DNA of 64,000 bases from Antedon mediterranea. Lineage: Eukaryota; Animalia; Echinodermata. The position numbers and the translations under genes are program-made. The stretch spans positions 2,418,001 through 2,482,000 of the forward strand of contig NC_092680.1 of NCBI RefSeq assembly GCF_964355755.1, in the 5' to 3' direction. This document shows, one piece after another, positions 14,368 to 27,150 of this stretch. Numbering within the stretch: the stretch's first letter is position 1; the number at the start of each line of letters is the position of its first letter. Below the pieces are notes generated by a model that was not told the DNA's origin, searched no databases, and saw only the letters and a list, made by a program, of their open reading frames with translations.

Positions 14368-15035
14368 GCAAAAATAGAAACATAGTACTTAGTAGTATTC
14401 CAAATATTTTCAGAGTGAAAATTGCTTCTGAGTTGGGAAAACATTCCTATTAATTATATATTATCTTCTTCTGATGCAGTCTTATGAAACACATAATTAA
14501 TAAAGATAATCATTATGTCTATATCATATGAGCATTACTTGTATATAAAACTTTTAAAGTATAATACCATGTTTTGTACATTTTAAGATAATAAATAAAA
14601 TGTAATAAAAGGTGTTGCTCTTTGCTTTATTAGATATCAGAAAGTGTTGCTACAGGTGGGAACTATATATCTTTATATATATATATGGACAGGGCTAATG
14701 TAGTGCAAAATGTGCTTGTATGTGATGATAATTACCATTAGGGAAAATGCGCTGTAATTAATCTGAAAGCTCATACGTCATTAGGAGACATGTGTCCGTA
14801 TGTAGAGATGCGAACATGTGTTGAAAAGAGGCACCATCGGCACATAATACATTCAAAGCGGGTATGGTTTTGATGTACGAGTTACATGTGAGAAATGACA
14901 CTTAATAAATATAACTGAATAGTTTGAGCCAGTTTAGAGTCGGGCAAATAGGTATAATGTAGGTTTATAGGTTAATGGAAACTATCTACAAATAAGTAGA
15001 GCATGAACATTTGCCCTGGATAACAAAAAAGAAAA

Positions 15036-15095
15036 GGTTTGGTGCTTGGCCTCCAATCCAAAAGTCATGGGTTCAATCATGACCTAGTGCCAGGG
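15036..15095 (+). mobile_element. Degenerate tRNA-derived SINE head
   Basis: GGTTTGGTGCTTGGCCTCCAATCCAAAAGTCATGGGTTCAATCATGACC: B box GGTTCAATC within a T-arm-like stem; A box lost. Confidence 0.4.
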
Positions 15096-15837
15096 TTGTT
15101 TCTACACCTCAAAGAAACTCTCAGCAAAAAAAATAGTTTAAAGGCCCTAAGCATGATTTTCTTGTATTTGGTGAGTTTACTTGCTTTAGGATGAATTACA
15201 AAAAAGCATTAACCTAAATTAAGGATACCAAAATGGGTGGGGATTATGTCCTCAGTCCCCATCCTCTTTTTCATTGACAAAGCCTAAGTTGCCTGCAAAA
15301 TGAACACAATTTTGCAGTAATTTTTCTTTATTTAACTTCACAGGAGTTTCATTTTCTAACCACTTTAAAAATTGTGTGGGCCTCAAAATAGTTTGCAAGA
15401 AATAAAAGATTTATATACTGAAATTGTTATAGAATACTAATATTTAATAATTTTATAATAGGCACTATTTGTCATTATTATTATATAGGATACTGATATT
15501 ATATATATTCACCAATAGTGATCTCCTTGCTTGGTTATATAACATGATGAAAACTAGAGATATATCGCATGAAACATAACTGTTTTAATTAGGGGTGGGA
15601 TTAAATTCAATTAAATATACACCTGGTTTAAGTGGGCGTGGTTTTATGTCTCGAAATGTCATAGTTGAAATAGCTTAATTATTACTGGTTGATTTGTTAC
15701 CTTTAATTTGTATGTACAGTAACATGTTATGTATTTTACATTCGCAGACACAGTAGGTTTGCCCACTTACAAGGTCATAAGGTTATAAGTTCAGCTTGTA
15801 TCAAAAAAGCTTACTACACGCCCTCTGTCGCAGTTAA

Positions 15838-16021
15838 ATTGTTCACAAATCATTTTAAATTTACTTGGTTAATTTTTGGTAATAATCATAAGCAAAAAAT
15901 GAGATTAATAATTTCTTTTTTTACGTAAATACTTTTTTCCGGTCTAATTTTTGATTAAAGTGAATTATCAAAATGGCATAATAAAAAAATTAAAATCAGT
16001 CTTTCAGGGTGACAATACATC
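15838..16021 (-). mobile_element. Partial copy of TTAA-type MITE family B
   Basis: Ends in GGGTGACAATACATC, like the GGGGACAATACATC end at 17731; the reverse-complemented interior resembles 17494-17660. Confidence 0.4.
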
Positions 16022-17493
16022 AATAATATGTTTCAAAATTAATGCATTTATCTTATTTTATCAATATAATTATTAGGGTTCACAGACCTGTCATTTGTTT
16101 GTATTGTAAAATGTATATTTGGTAGTTAGATTTATATCCCATTACATATATAACATTGTCAGAATGTTTCAAATTTTATGTTGTAAATAAAAAAAAATAA
16201 AAAAATTTATAATTAAAACCAAATAGACCTGATAATATAAAACAGATAAATGAGTTTTTGAGTATTTCACTGAATTTTAATTCTTTTTCAACGATTTTCA
16301 TCATAATCAAATATACATTTTATAAAATGTCCATCTCGTTAAAATATATGGGTCATTTAATAGTGACCATGCTTTCCTTAGATTTTTCTTTTTTACGTAT
16401 TAGTCCACTTTCCATATCGCCGTCAACTGCACGACGAACATCAATTCATCTACGAGAAGTGTCAATTTAACCAATCACTATTCATTTTCTCGGCCAGTCC
16501 GGTCAATCCATCACGCTGATCACTACTTAAGCCATTGTAGTTTTTTTTTTCTCTAAAACTGCAATTTAATGTGATTCATTTTTATCGTTGCATACACATT
16601 ACAGTTGATAACATATTAGATACGCTGAAGGATAAATGTCCTCCACGGATTAAAACTTGAATTAGTAGTTTGGCGAAAAAATATGACTGTACAAAATTGA
16701 GACAAATTTAAAGTGTCATTTTCTGAAAATGTGAGGCTTTTTTAGTATCAAAAATTGATTTGTTTGAGCATCAACTAACTCCTTAGTTCTACTTTCTATC
16801 AAAGTTTAACCAATTTCACGACCACGCACGCATTCTTGAACTTCAAGTTCAATTTTTTACATATATTTTAAAAGGTTTGCCGAAGGTGGTCAGAACATAC
16901 ATGTATTGTCCATCAAAATAAATAAAATGAAATCAAACTTTGAATAGACCATTTTGTAATTATAGTACAGTATACATTGTAAAAAAAACCTCCTAAAATA
17001 TGTTGCTTACAAAATAAACAGTTAAATTTAACCAAAAACCAATTGACTTCCAGACAATTAGCTCTTTTAGTTATAGAAAGTGGTCTGGACTAAGTAATTT
17101 GTTTTAATATGTTAACAAAACTGGTTTTTAGTGCAAGTATTTAATGGATGTTGTGTAAATGTAAGTTTTACATTTTAAATATGTATTAAAAGAAAAATAT
17201 TATTGAATAAAGTCTAAGAAAAGGAGGGAAAAAAAACACAAAAAAACAAAACAATTTTTCCTTGCGACATGCTCTCCACTGTTTTATGTAATTATGGTTA
17301 TATTGCTATACAAACTATGCACCTCTTGTTTATATATAAGAATTTTATACATTTGTTAGTACTGTATTTACTTAATACTTTTTCTTAAGTATTTTCCTAC
17401 AAGTTATCCTGATAACAAATCATGCCTGAATTCACAGAAAATTGATTATATTGATTAAAATCTTCAGGTATCAATATCATTAATGTGGGCCCA

Positions 17494-17749
17494 TAAAGAT
17501 ATGTTTTCCCCTTAACAATTTTTTTTTTTTCATTTTGTTGAATATTTTAATGTCACATATAATAGTTATTCACTTTGATCAACAAAAATGTAATTTAAAG
17601 CAAAAGATACTTAAATTGTTTCTTTTTTCTTTTTATAAGCAAAATAAATATTTTTGTGAATAACTTGATTAAAACTGCCAAATGGCCTATTTAAAGTCCA
17701 ATTTATTAATCTTCATTTTTCATGTTTTTAGGGGACAATACATCTTTAA
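17494..17749. mobile_element. MITE family B (Kolobok-like: TTAA-associated, AG termini)
   Basis: Left TAAAGATATGTTTTCCCCT versus reverse complement of right end TTAAAGATGTATTGTCCCCT. Confidence 0.55.
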
Positions 17750-18290
17750 ATATAGCACCCACCATCACTCTCTGAATTTCACCCGTGTTTCACTCTGATT
17801 CTAAGCAAATTTATCTAAATTTTACTTTGGAAAGTAAGTCTATAAACTATGTTTCTCATTCATTTATAAAACAATCAATTTTTATCATACACATGTTGTT
17901 TCCGTCACTTAGTTAAACCTTTTTACAACCAATTTGATTTAATTTATAAACGAGCACCATTCTATATATAATTGTTCCTTCAATAGCTCATTTATTATTA
18001 TTTATAGAAATTAAATTTAAGTTATTTTTACAAATATCAGTTCAGTAAGTAAACAATTAATAAGGAATTATTATAGTCTTGAAACATATTACAAGTGACC
18101 TACCTATGATGCACACTAACTTTAATAGTGTAAGAAACAAACATACTATTTATAACCATTATATTTTCCACTTTTAATATTGCCATTAAGCAACATTATT
18201 TTTAAATTTTCACCTATGAAAAAAAGTACACTTTTTGTCATATATTTCTGTCAACAATCGTAGTTTCGTTACAATTTACTATTGCAACTT

Positions 18291-18680
18291 CCCAGGGTCG
18301 TCAAAATACGGTTTTTCCCAGGGTTGTCAAAATACGGTTTTTCCCAGGGTTGTCAAAATACGGTTTTTCCCAGGGTTGTCAAAATATGGTTTTTCCCAGG
18401 GTTGTCAAAATATTGTTTTTCCCAGGGTTGTCAAAATGTTTTTTCCAGGGTTTGTCAAAATATGGTTTTTCCAGGGTTGTCAAAATACGATTTTTCCAGA
18501 ATTTTCAAAATACGATTTTCCCAGGGTTGTCAAAATACGGTTTTTCCAGGGTTTTCAAAATACGATTTTCCCAGGGTTGTCAAAATATGATTTTCCCAGG
18601 GTTTTCAAAATACGATTTTCCCAGGGTTGTCAAAATACGATTTTCCCAGGGTTTTCAAAATACGATTTTCCCAGGGTTTA
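18291..18680. repeat. 26-bp minisatellite, ~15 units
   Basis: Unit CCCAGGGTTGTCAAAATACG(G/A)TTTT(T). Confidence 0.97.
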
Positions 18681-20779
18681 AGAACACTAAAATAGGCATT
18701 GGCATTACAAGATCTTTAATTTGAATAAAAAGGTACAATATTATACAACATTTTTATCACATAATTGCATCTAGTCAGAAAGAATCTGATTCCGTAATAT
18801 GAGAGATTATTTGATTAGAAAAGATTTTTAAAATATAGTTGTACATTTACTATTAATGTTCATATTTCTGAACAGACTATATTTTATCGTCTTTTCTTAC
18901 AACAGACGCCTACTGACGGGCAAGCTATCCAATAGAAACAGTATAAAGAGGAGTTTAGTTACTTTTCAAAAACCTTTATCTGGTTCAAGAGGTTATTTTC
19001 TCTTCCCAAGAGAATGCAAAGTGAATGAATTTATGAAAATGATTGGAAATTTATATTAAATATTGTATAAGATATAAATTGAAAGATATTAGATAGAATA
19101 CAGTATATTGGAAAGTAAATTGTATATTGAAATTCATCTCATCTTTGAACATCAATGGGAAATTTTAAAAAGATTCTTAATATATTGAAAATATATTAAT
19201 AATGTTTGATAGTTTTGGCGACTGAATTTGTAACAAAATGGGATAAATAGTTTTACTTCAAATTAGTGAAATTTTCAGTGGTTCAAATTTAAAAAGAAAT
19301 TCACTACTGTTAACGTTTAATAAAATGAACTAATTTATTAATATTTTCTCTTTTATTAATGATTATAATTGATTAATCAAGTAATTTGTGTTATTATATT
19401 ATTCTGTTTCCATGCTGCATCCAGAATTGCATAAATTAAGCTATGTTATTTAAATCTTTATATAACACTTGAAAAGATATTTTAGTTGAGCTGCAACAGG
19501 ACATATTATCGTCACATGTCTGTCATTGACAATTCAGGATGTCTGTCAAGACAAGCATGTTCCTGCGTAACATAGGACATATTGAGTGAAGAATTGACAT
19601 TTTTAGGCCAACAAATCATGTTTGAGTAGAAGAGGTGGATTTGCATTGGCAGCCGAGCGCGAATGATACGGCTTGGATACCGGCCAACTTTGACCCAATT
19701 TTGTGTGCAACAATTTCAAATTGAAGGCAGTAGCGTGAGAATGGTCAAAAAGACCAGCGACTGTGTAAGTAGGGCATGATCCCGACCTAACAGCAGGGAG
19801 CTGATACACAAGCTGCCCCCTGGCCTGAACGGTGTCACCCCTGGCCTGAATGGAATCACCTCTAGCCCGAATGTTGCTGATTAATGTACTAGGAAATACT
19901 ATTATTATATTATGGGAATTCTGTAAGATCAAAACATGTGTAGGACTTCCAACTAAGTATCATTAACAATTACCTAAGGGAAATTGAACTCCACTTCTAT
20001 GACATAGATTTCAGTGTTATATTTCATATAGCCGATGTTTTATTTATTTAAATATATTGTCTCTGATTTATGTATACTCAGCACTTGCCTGCCTAGTGAT
20101 AGATAAACAAGTTTACTAAAGGTAGTCAACAATTGAAGTAGGTGGACTGTCCTAAACGTACACACACAAACTTTCGCCATTATGTCTACATAAACAATAT
20201 TTAATGGTAGAAAATTTATATTTAATGATGCTCTTGAAAACGCTTTCACCGCTGATGCGTGAACCAACATTATATTAGACATCATTCGTTATATGGATCA
20301 AGAAATATGCAATTTACAAAAGCATCACAATTGAAGAATGATGACATTTTGGGTTTCGTATAATCAATAATAAAAATTAAGTATTGTATAATGTTAAGTG
20401 GTATCTAATGGTATTAGTTAGTTATCAAAATGTCCCAATTTCTCTGTTTAATGTAAAGCCAGACACAGTATATTATAGATTAGACGAAAGAAGTGAAAAA
20501 CATGCTGCAACATAATTGTTGAAACGCAGATAGTCATATATAGGTCTCATTGGTAAATGGCAAATATGTATATAATATAGGAAAACGATATGTAACTTAA
20601 GTAATTAATTTTTCCATTGCTTACAAAATTGAACTGACATCTCAGACCTTTTCACATATTCATAGAAATGCGTATCATTTCTAACTTATTTAAAGGTATA
20701 TCCAAGCATACAACTGTCTATTATTATATATTAATATTTATTTTTTAAAAAGCGGTGAAGGGGAGGAGACAAAACATAA

Positions 20780-21082
20780 CTATAAGATAATTTGACCTGT
20801 TGCCTCAAGTAATGGGGGAATAACCTGCGACTTGCAGCCTACTGGGCTGAATTGCACACAGGTGTGGACGACACATACCACAACTTTCTTCTCCCCTAAG
20901 GGTCCCTTCATATCGAGTACTGCCACCAAACAACACCCGGTCGTCTGTCTACAACAACAGGGGCTGAAATGGACAAGTACACCGGGATAACCCCCTACTC
21001 TTCCGAAAGATGTACTGGGTTCTGTGTGCACACAGGCCAGATGTGTGTTTAGCCAGTGAACAGTCATAGCCATTACGGTTTA
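20780..21082 (-). mobile_element. Deu/Nin-domain SINE, head missing
   Basis: Reverse complement contains AGAACCCAGTACATCTTTCGGAAGAGTAGGGGGTTATCCCGGTGTACTTGTCCA, near-identical to about 55763-55817 and resembling the DeuSINE central domain. Confidence 0.8.
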
Positions 21083-21305
21083 GTAGTTGCCAAAATCAAG
21101 AATGGTTAGGTTTCGTATCTGGTCAGAGGATGTTCCATCAATACAGAATTAAATAGAATTTCCATTTAAAATTAGAATTTGAACTAATTTTAAGTACTGC
21201 TATTTATAAATATACAACTTGTGTAAAGAGCACAATTTGGTATATACAGTACCCTTAAAATAGTTGGCTTAACTTATGGTGTCAAGTATATAGGGACATT
21301 GAGCT

Positions 21306-21364
21306 ATTAGTGCAATACATGGGATTAGCAAAGATTAGTGCAATACATAGGATTAGCAAAGATT
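21306..21364. repeat. Short ~30-bp tandem duplication
   Basis: ATTAGTGCAATACAT(G/A)GGATTAGCAAAG twice. Confidence 0.85.
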
Positions 21365-22635
21365 TTAAGGAATAAAATGAAAGATACCCAGATTAGCCAT
21401 ACAATGCGTATATAATATTACGAGGATCAATTGCATTTACCAGTAAGTACAGATAAAAATGATTTAACTATAAAAGGTGATTGTGTTAAGACTTAGCTTT
21501 CATCAAACTGATGTGAATGAGACTCACTATTATTGATATTAATATTTTTTTTTCAGTTGCATTCAAAATGAAATCCGCAACAATTACCATTGAATTAGGT
21601 TAAAGGAGATTGTCTACGTATAATAGTGAGCTTATGAAACAATGAGGGACTGTATGATATGTAAACCCAGCATGCAATTCCCATGATACAGGAATGTACA
21701 AACGCATTTCTACAGGCTGTTTAAAAGCCAAGAGTCCAGTTTTGCGTTATCGTAACAAACATTAACACGATATGGCGCTATGTTTAAAGAAATTAAACCA
21801 GGATAACTCACTTAAACATTTGACTACAAAAATCTACATAATATCAATGTATATTTCCCAACATGCAGTGTGTAAGCTCCGCCCATTATATTTGTAAATT
21901 GGATCATATTTATCATACACGTGTCAGGTTTAGAAGTTTAAAAAATGGGAAGTGCTTAAAATTATTTCAAAATTCGCAAACTAAAAGTTTACAATTCGGC
22001 TGTTTAAAAAATATGTTCAAAGTGTCTGTGTTTAGTAATCGTTATATTTCAGACTTAATCTGCACCAATTACGAAAAACATCTGTTTAAAAGTTTAAACG
22101 AAACCTTTTATACAAAACACAGAAAAAGAAACTGTTGACAATTTAATTCCCAGTCCCTTTTGTATAATTATTTACACATTATATTGTACTAGTTATACAT
22201 GAACTTGCGGCCTTTGCTCTCTTTAAAGGCAAGTCATACACCTAATTTTATGGCTATTACATTCATTAATGTGGCTGTCTTAATTGGAATCTAGGCCATA
22301 ACTATTTTGAATTATACATATAAATTCCTATAAATAACAACACAGTGTACAAATTTAACGTATGTCAGTGCCTGATGTAATATGTAACTTTTGGCTATAA
22401 GTTCTTAATTTTGAATTAGAAAAATGTTTGTAACAAAACTTTACAGGATGATTATACATGTTGGTCATAAACATTAAAATAAGGTTAATACTGTTTTACG
22501 ACACTCACTATTTGCAAATTTATATATTTTCAAGTTCTTTCAAAAGTCTATGACTCTGTACTACTGTAGAAACACCGAGTAGGACGCCATCTATGTCCAG
22601 AAGTAGGTAGTCAATCAGACGTCAGTCAGCCAACA

Positions 22636-22677
22636 CCTGCTGAGGACGGAGAATGGTTTATCCGAAAATATTACGGG
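22636..22677 (+). ncRNA. Minimal type-I hammerhead ribozyme (Penelope-like element type), core intact
   Basis: Stem I CCTG/CGGG; core CTGAGGA (22640-46); stem II GGAGAA-TGGT-TTATCC with one mismatch; GAAA (22664-67); palindromic stem III AATATT; cleavage triplet UUA. Confidence 0.75.
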
Positions 22678-22689
22678 AATTTGCAAATA

Positions 22690-22741
22690 GTGAGTACTGT
22701 CATAGAACAGTATTAACCTTATTTTGATGAAAACTTTACAG
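22690..22741 (+). other. Candidate 52-nt spliceosomal intron just downstream of the hammerhead
   Basis: Donor GTGAGT, branch-like TTAAC (22713-17), acceptor CTTTACAG, then caacATGG at 22756. Confidence 0.5.
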
Positions 22742-23194
22742 GTTAATAGATCAACATGGCGGATGTCTGTATACATGCTTTCTGTAATAAAACCAGATGA
22801 CAAAATGGTTTTAAGGTCCTGTTTACACCTAAGGTATTGTATGCGCAACTCCACAGGTCTGAACTAAAAAATATTAAGAGATAGCCAACTTTTATGAAAC
22901 TGATTTTTCGTTCATTAAAAAAGCTTAAGATTAGTATACAGCGTCTGTGTAATGAAAGTGACACGATTTTAACATATTTCATGTCATCGACCAATCAAAT
23001 CAATTCGTGCATACCATATGTTCGCCACTTAAAGTTAATAGTAAGTCACAACATTTTGCTATTATGGCACAATAATGTGAACTCACTTTATACAAAACCA
23101 TCTCCGTAGGTCTGAACATAACCTTATACTTGGCACAAGTTTCAAAAGTGCCATTCTATGTATATGTGTTTTTGTCAATGTATTAATACTGTAT

Positions 23195-23368
23195 GTTGTC
23201 ATCGTCTAATCCTTCCGATCAGATGTTAAGCCCTCAGTCTTAAATCGCATGTCCACAGACACAAAACTTGGTATATTTTAGAAAAGCATGAGAGAGTGGT
23301 ACATCGAGTGACACCACTCTATGGCAGAGAGAGGGCATAATCCTAATTTCTTCTCCTTTGCAAAAATT
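23195..23368 (+). mobile_element. Degenerate SINE body (Deu/Meta-like central motif)
   Basis: TCCTTCCGATCAGATGTTAAGCCCTCAGTC resembles the CTTCGGATGAGACGTTAAACC-type SINE motif; tail hairpin AGAGTGGT...ACCACTCT. Confidence 0.35.
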
Positions 23369-24432
23369 GTTGAAAATCGTTACTATATTATTCAATTAAT
23401 CTCCTTTTATATTTAATGAATGTTGAAAGCTAGATGGGAGGGGTGTCGCTGAAAAAAAAACGCAAATATTTTGATCGTGGAGTAGAACAACGTACACTTT
23501 GGATTGCATTTGCATAACACTCACCAGACTCGCATGTCACAAAATTATAAAAATGTTTGGTGGACATGCAATAGAATTGTTACCATGCAGGTAGAACTGA
23601 TACTGAATGGCACGTTATACGAAATTAACCACTAAAATGACAAGGATACACTTGGATGTGTTATAATATGGAATGTATAACTCAGATTTAACCATTAAAA
23701 ATAATAAATTAAATTTAAATCAAAGATAGACATATATATCACGGACGAACAATTCTGTCATCACGAAGTACATAGGCCTAGCTTCTCATACCGAGTTCAC
23801 ATCATTGTTATGTCAGGTTAGTTAAACTTATTTAGGATAATTTATATAATTTATCGATTGTTAAGTAGCAACATGAATAAATGGCCGGGTGTAACCTCAA
23901 TGAGTACTATTTTATGAAGACGCAAATGGTTTATAGGGTCTTAGAGTGACATAATTAGATCGCCCAATGAGACTTGACAAGAAAACATATTGCTAGATCC
24001 AATCTCATGGTTATTAACTTCAAATAATCAAGTTAAGCACAAAGGTTTTATATGTTAAAATGTATTTTTAACATTGGGAGAAAATAATCAGGATGTTAGA
24101 GTTTCTTTTATGTCATTTATTTCAATTATATAACAAAGAGAAGAATGTGGAATATTGGCACTTAAAACGAATGCCTAAAAAGATAATAAATCAACCAATC
24201 AGAAACTATAACAGAAACTATATGGAAAAAAGTAAAGTGAAGCTCTATTCAATATTTTGGCCAATATTTAAAATATAGATAACTTTGAATTTTAATAAGT
24301 TTTTGAATTTACTTTAAAAAGAATTAGTATGGTGATTTAGAAAATATATTCAAGAGAAATAACTTGAAAATGTTGTACGTTATCGAGGACCAAAATATAC
24401 ACAGCAAATACTATAGAGTAAGACCCTATACT

Positions 24433-24518
24433 TTGGCACGCCTCTATTCAGAGACCACCCTATTGTTCCATGGTTTGGCACGCCTCTATTCAGAGACAAC
24501 CCTATTGTTCCATGGTTT
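24433..24518. repeat. 42-bp tandem duplication
   Basis: TTGGCACGCCTCTATTCAGAGAC(C/A)ACCCTATTGTTCCATGGT twice. Confidence 0.95.
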
Positions 24519-24557
24519 GATCAATTTCTTATCTGAATCAATCTTTCTCACGACCAT

Positions 24558-24691
24558 TAGGCACGGATTTATCCCCCACTAAAATTTAACTTTTTAAAAT
24601 AAAATAATGTCTATTTTTATTTTTCTGCAACGTTTTTATCATTTATGAAATATGTAGCCCTCACTAATCTATAATGCTGGATCCGCCCCTG
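24558..24691. mobile_element. MITE remnant with GGCGGATCCAG-type terminus
   Basis: Right end CTGGATCCGCCCCTG; degenerate left end AGGCACGGATT; related ends at 56301/56602 and 63487. Confidence 0.4.
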
Positions 24692-24817
24692 ACCATGTAT
24701 AGCTTGAAAGCGGCTAACGGCTCACAAATGGTTAGAAATGTGAACACTTTCCCTTATTTGTTTATTGTCTATAAATTGATATTTAATTGTTAATGTACCG
24801 TAATGTAATATCTTGAT

Positions 24818-24870
24818 GAGGTCCTATTGAGATAAGCTCTAGATTCTAGAGAGGACCTCTTTTATTAAGT
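24818..24870 (+). mobile_element. Probable LINE 3' stem-loop
   Basis: GAGGTCCT...AGGACCTC hairpin with a GAGATAAG loop motif, similar in design to 1485-1531. Confidence 0.4.
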
Positions 24871-26067
24871 GTGAAATTAACTCTGATACTCGTATATAAA
24901 ATCAAATGCTATACTTCGCTACCCACATATGTGACTATAATATCTAGAGTTTAAATATTATATGATAGCAGATTTATTATTAATGGTTAAATATGAGCAA
25001 CACTATGCTCATTAGTTCCGAAATGGGTCAAAAATGGTATGACGTTTTGCAGCAGTTGACCTAAATACAAGACATTAAAATATAACGAATACTAACTACT
25101 ATGTTTCCCTCAATTAAGCACTCATTTGCATTACCGAGTGTAACTAATAAAAAATCTATTGCAATATCTGAAAAGTAATAAATGTGTATTTAAACTTTAA
25201 ATTTATATACAGTATTTTAAAATGAGAATTTGTGATCGAGAAAAAAGTATTGTAACTAGAATGTTTCTTCATATAGATTGTGGATTTCTATATTTATTAT
25301 TGACAATAAATAATTGTATAATAAAACAATGTTTTACAGTGTTTATTGTAATCTATGGTAGTCTAGGCTGACCCCAAGTGGACCCTCTCCTTCGGGATAC
25401 CCCTATAAGTGGACATCGTATTAAGTGGACACTTTCCTGTGAAAGGGGCATACTGTACAGCTAGCACTATGGCCAACCAATCACAACATCAGTTGTATTA
25501 CATGATAAAAATAGTAGGTACACCAAATTTAATAAAATAATATATTGTAAATTTTTTTAAAATCAGTCTATATTGTATTGATTGTTATTACTGTTAATTT
25601 TCTGTATATTGTGTGTAATTAAAATATCAAGGAAAACAAATTTCATGTTGGTCTTGTTGTGGTCATGACAATGATTTATCTTATTATATCTTATCTTATT
25701 GTATGTGGAGGAAAACATTTGTTTGCAAATAATAAGTATAGTTTTTAGATTCAACCTTGTGTAAAAGGGAAAAAAAAGACTGCATCTTTTTTTAAGAGGA
25801 CAATAAAATGCTTCCTCCGGATGTAATACCATAAAAACAGCAAACCCTGCACATTAACCCCAGTTTGGTAGTTGCAATTAAATCAATATGGGTTGTAACA
25901 CTAAGATCTAAGATCATACTCTAGTTTAACAATATCTAATTATAATGGTACCTGATATTTATTACCAATTAAATGTTAAATACCTTTACGATACACAATT
26001 TCCTTCAGTGAAATTATCAGTTAAAAATTGACATAAATAACACTAATGTGGACAAATCAAAGTTTAA

Positions 26068-26207
26068 AGTCCTGTTTACACTATCAAACTAGTTAAACAA
26101 AAAAAGTGTGATGTGCTGAAATATGGTAGTGATATGACATTATTATGTCCATATATGGGCACACCACTTTATTTTGTCACATAAAGTTTAATAGTGTAGA
26201 CAGGGCT
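26068..26207. mobile_element. MITE family A, full length
   Basis: TIRs AGTCCTGTTTACACTAT...ATAGTGTAGACAGGGCT; shared interior. Confidence 0.88.
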
Positions 26208-26373
26208 TTAGACTAGTTTGAGAGAGTTTATATGTGAATAATTACAAATTATGGAATAAACTTTTATTCCAAGGTGTGCTTATTCCTGAATAGACCAAGT
26301 GTTGTACTAACTTAATTGGGATTATTATTTTACATTTCTTTGTACAACTTTATGCCACACAGATAAGCACTAA

Positions 26374-26515
26374 AGCTTGCTACTACAGTAGGACACAACA
26401 TAAGGACGTAAGCTCAACGCAAGTGAGTTTAAACCAATGATATGAGACAGTTAAAAAAATTCATCCCTTGTGATTGGACTTGGACTTGGGTGTTTACATC
26501 TTTGCATTGCTAGCG
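26374..26515. mobile_element. Degenerate palindromic MITE
   Basis: Imperfect inverted symmetry: CAACATAAGGACGTAA..CAAGT..CCAAT versus ATTGG..ACTTG..TTACATCTTTGCATTG. Confidence 0.4.
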
Positions 26516-26878
26516 ACAATGTTTGAAAATTAACGCAAGTGCTCTAGACAAAAATAATGAGTGTTAAAATCGATAACCTAATTCTAATGTATTGTAGCAG
26601 ACATGGAAACAGTACAGTTGATCTACCATAACTGCTTTCAATAAGGCTTAATAGTTAATTAGTAATTATGTACTTTTGAACGTAACCTTTTGATATTTAG
26701 TTGCCATTGTCTATAATCTGAAAACTGCAGTAGCTCTTAAAGGGACACCCTGTAATAGCAATAAGGGTGTTCTCTCAATAGGGGTTGGCCATTGTGTGTA
26801 TATTGTATACTGTCCATATTCATTTCAATGGGAAAGTTATTAAAACAGGGATGTCAGAAAACAAGGCTCTACTGTATG

Positions 26879-27038
26879 GATTAATGGAGGAATTCCTCCA
26901 TGATAGACTTACGGCCAGTTCACACTAGTAAATATTGTATGAAGGTTTGCCTGGCGATAGATTAATGGAGGAATTCCTCCATGATAGACTTACGGCCAGT
27001 TCACACTAGTAAATATTGTATGAAGGTTTGCCTGGCGA
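26879..27038. repeat. Exact tandem duplication with 81-bp period, containing an 18-bp palindrome
   Basis: Copies start at 26879 and 26960; each carries ATGGAGGAATTCCTCCAT and a Harbinger-like end GGCCAGTTCACACTA. Confidence 0.95.
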
Positions 27039-27110
27039 AATCAAATGTTGATATATAGTGTGCAAGACACTCTCACTCCGTGCCATGGAAACCTTCAAAC
27101 AATATCCGAA

Positions 27111-27150
27111 CTCCTGAGGATGATCAAAACATATTAAACGAAACGTCGAG
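27111..27150 (+). ncRNA. Penelope-type minimal hammerhead, stem II decayed
   Basis: CTC-CTGAGGA-T-GATCAAAACATATTAAAC-GAAA-CGTC-GAG: stem I CTC/GAG, both core boxes and GUC intact. Confidence 0.65.

Noticed and set aside
14129-14444. Poly-Asp/Met/His/Ser ORFs
   Set aside because: (GAT)n microsatellite with frame-shifting interruptions.
18235-18724. Three ORFs of 102-148 aa
   Set aside because: Products of the 26-bp minisatellite.
19607-19764. Selenoprotein or alternative-code reading (three in-frame TGA, no TAA/TAG)
   Set aside because: No resemblance to a known selenoprotein, no SECIS recognised, and plausible by chance.
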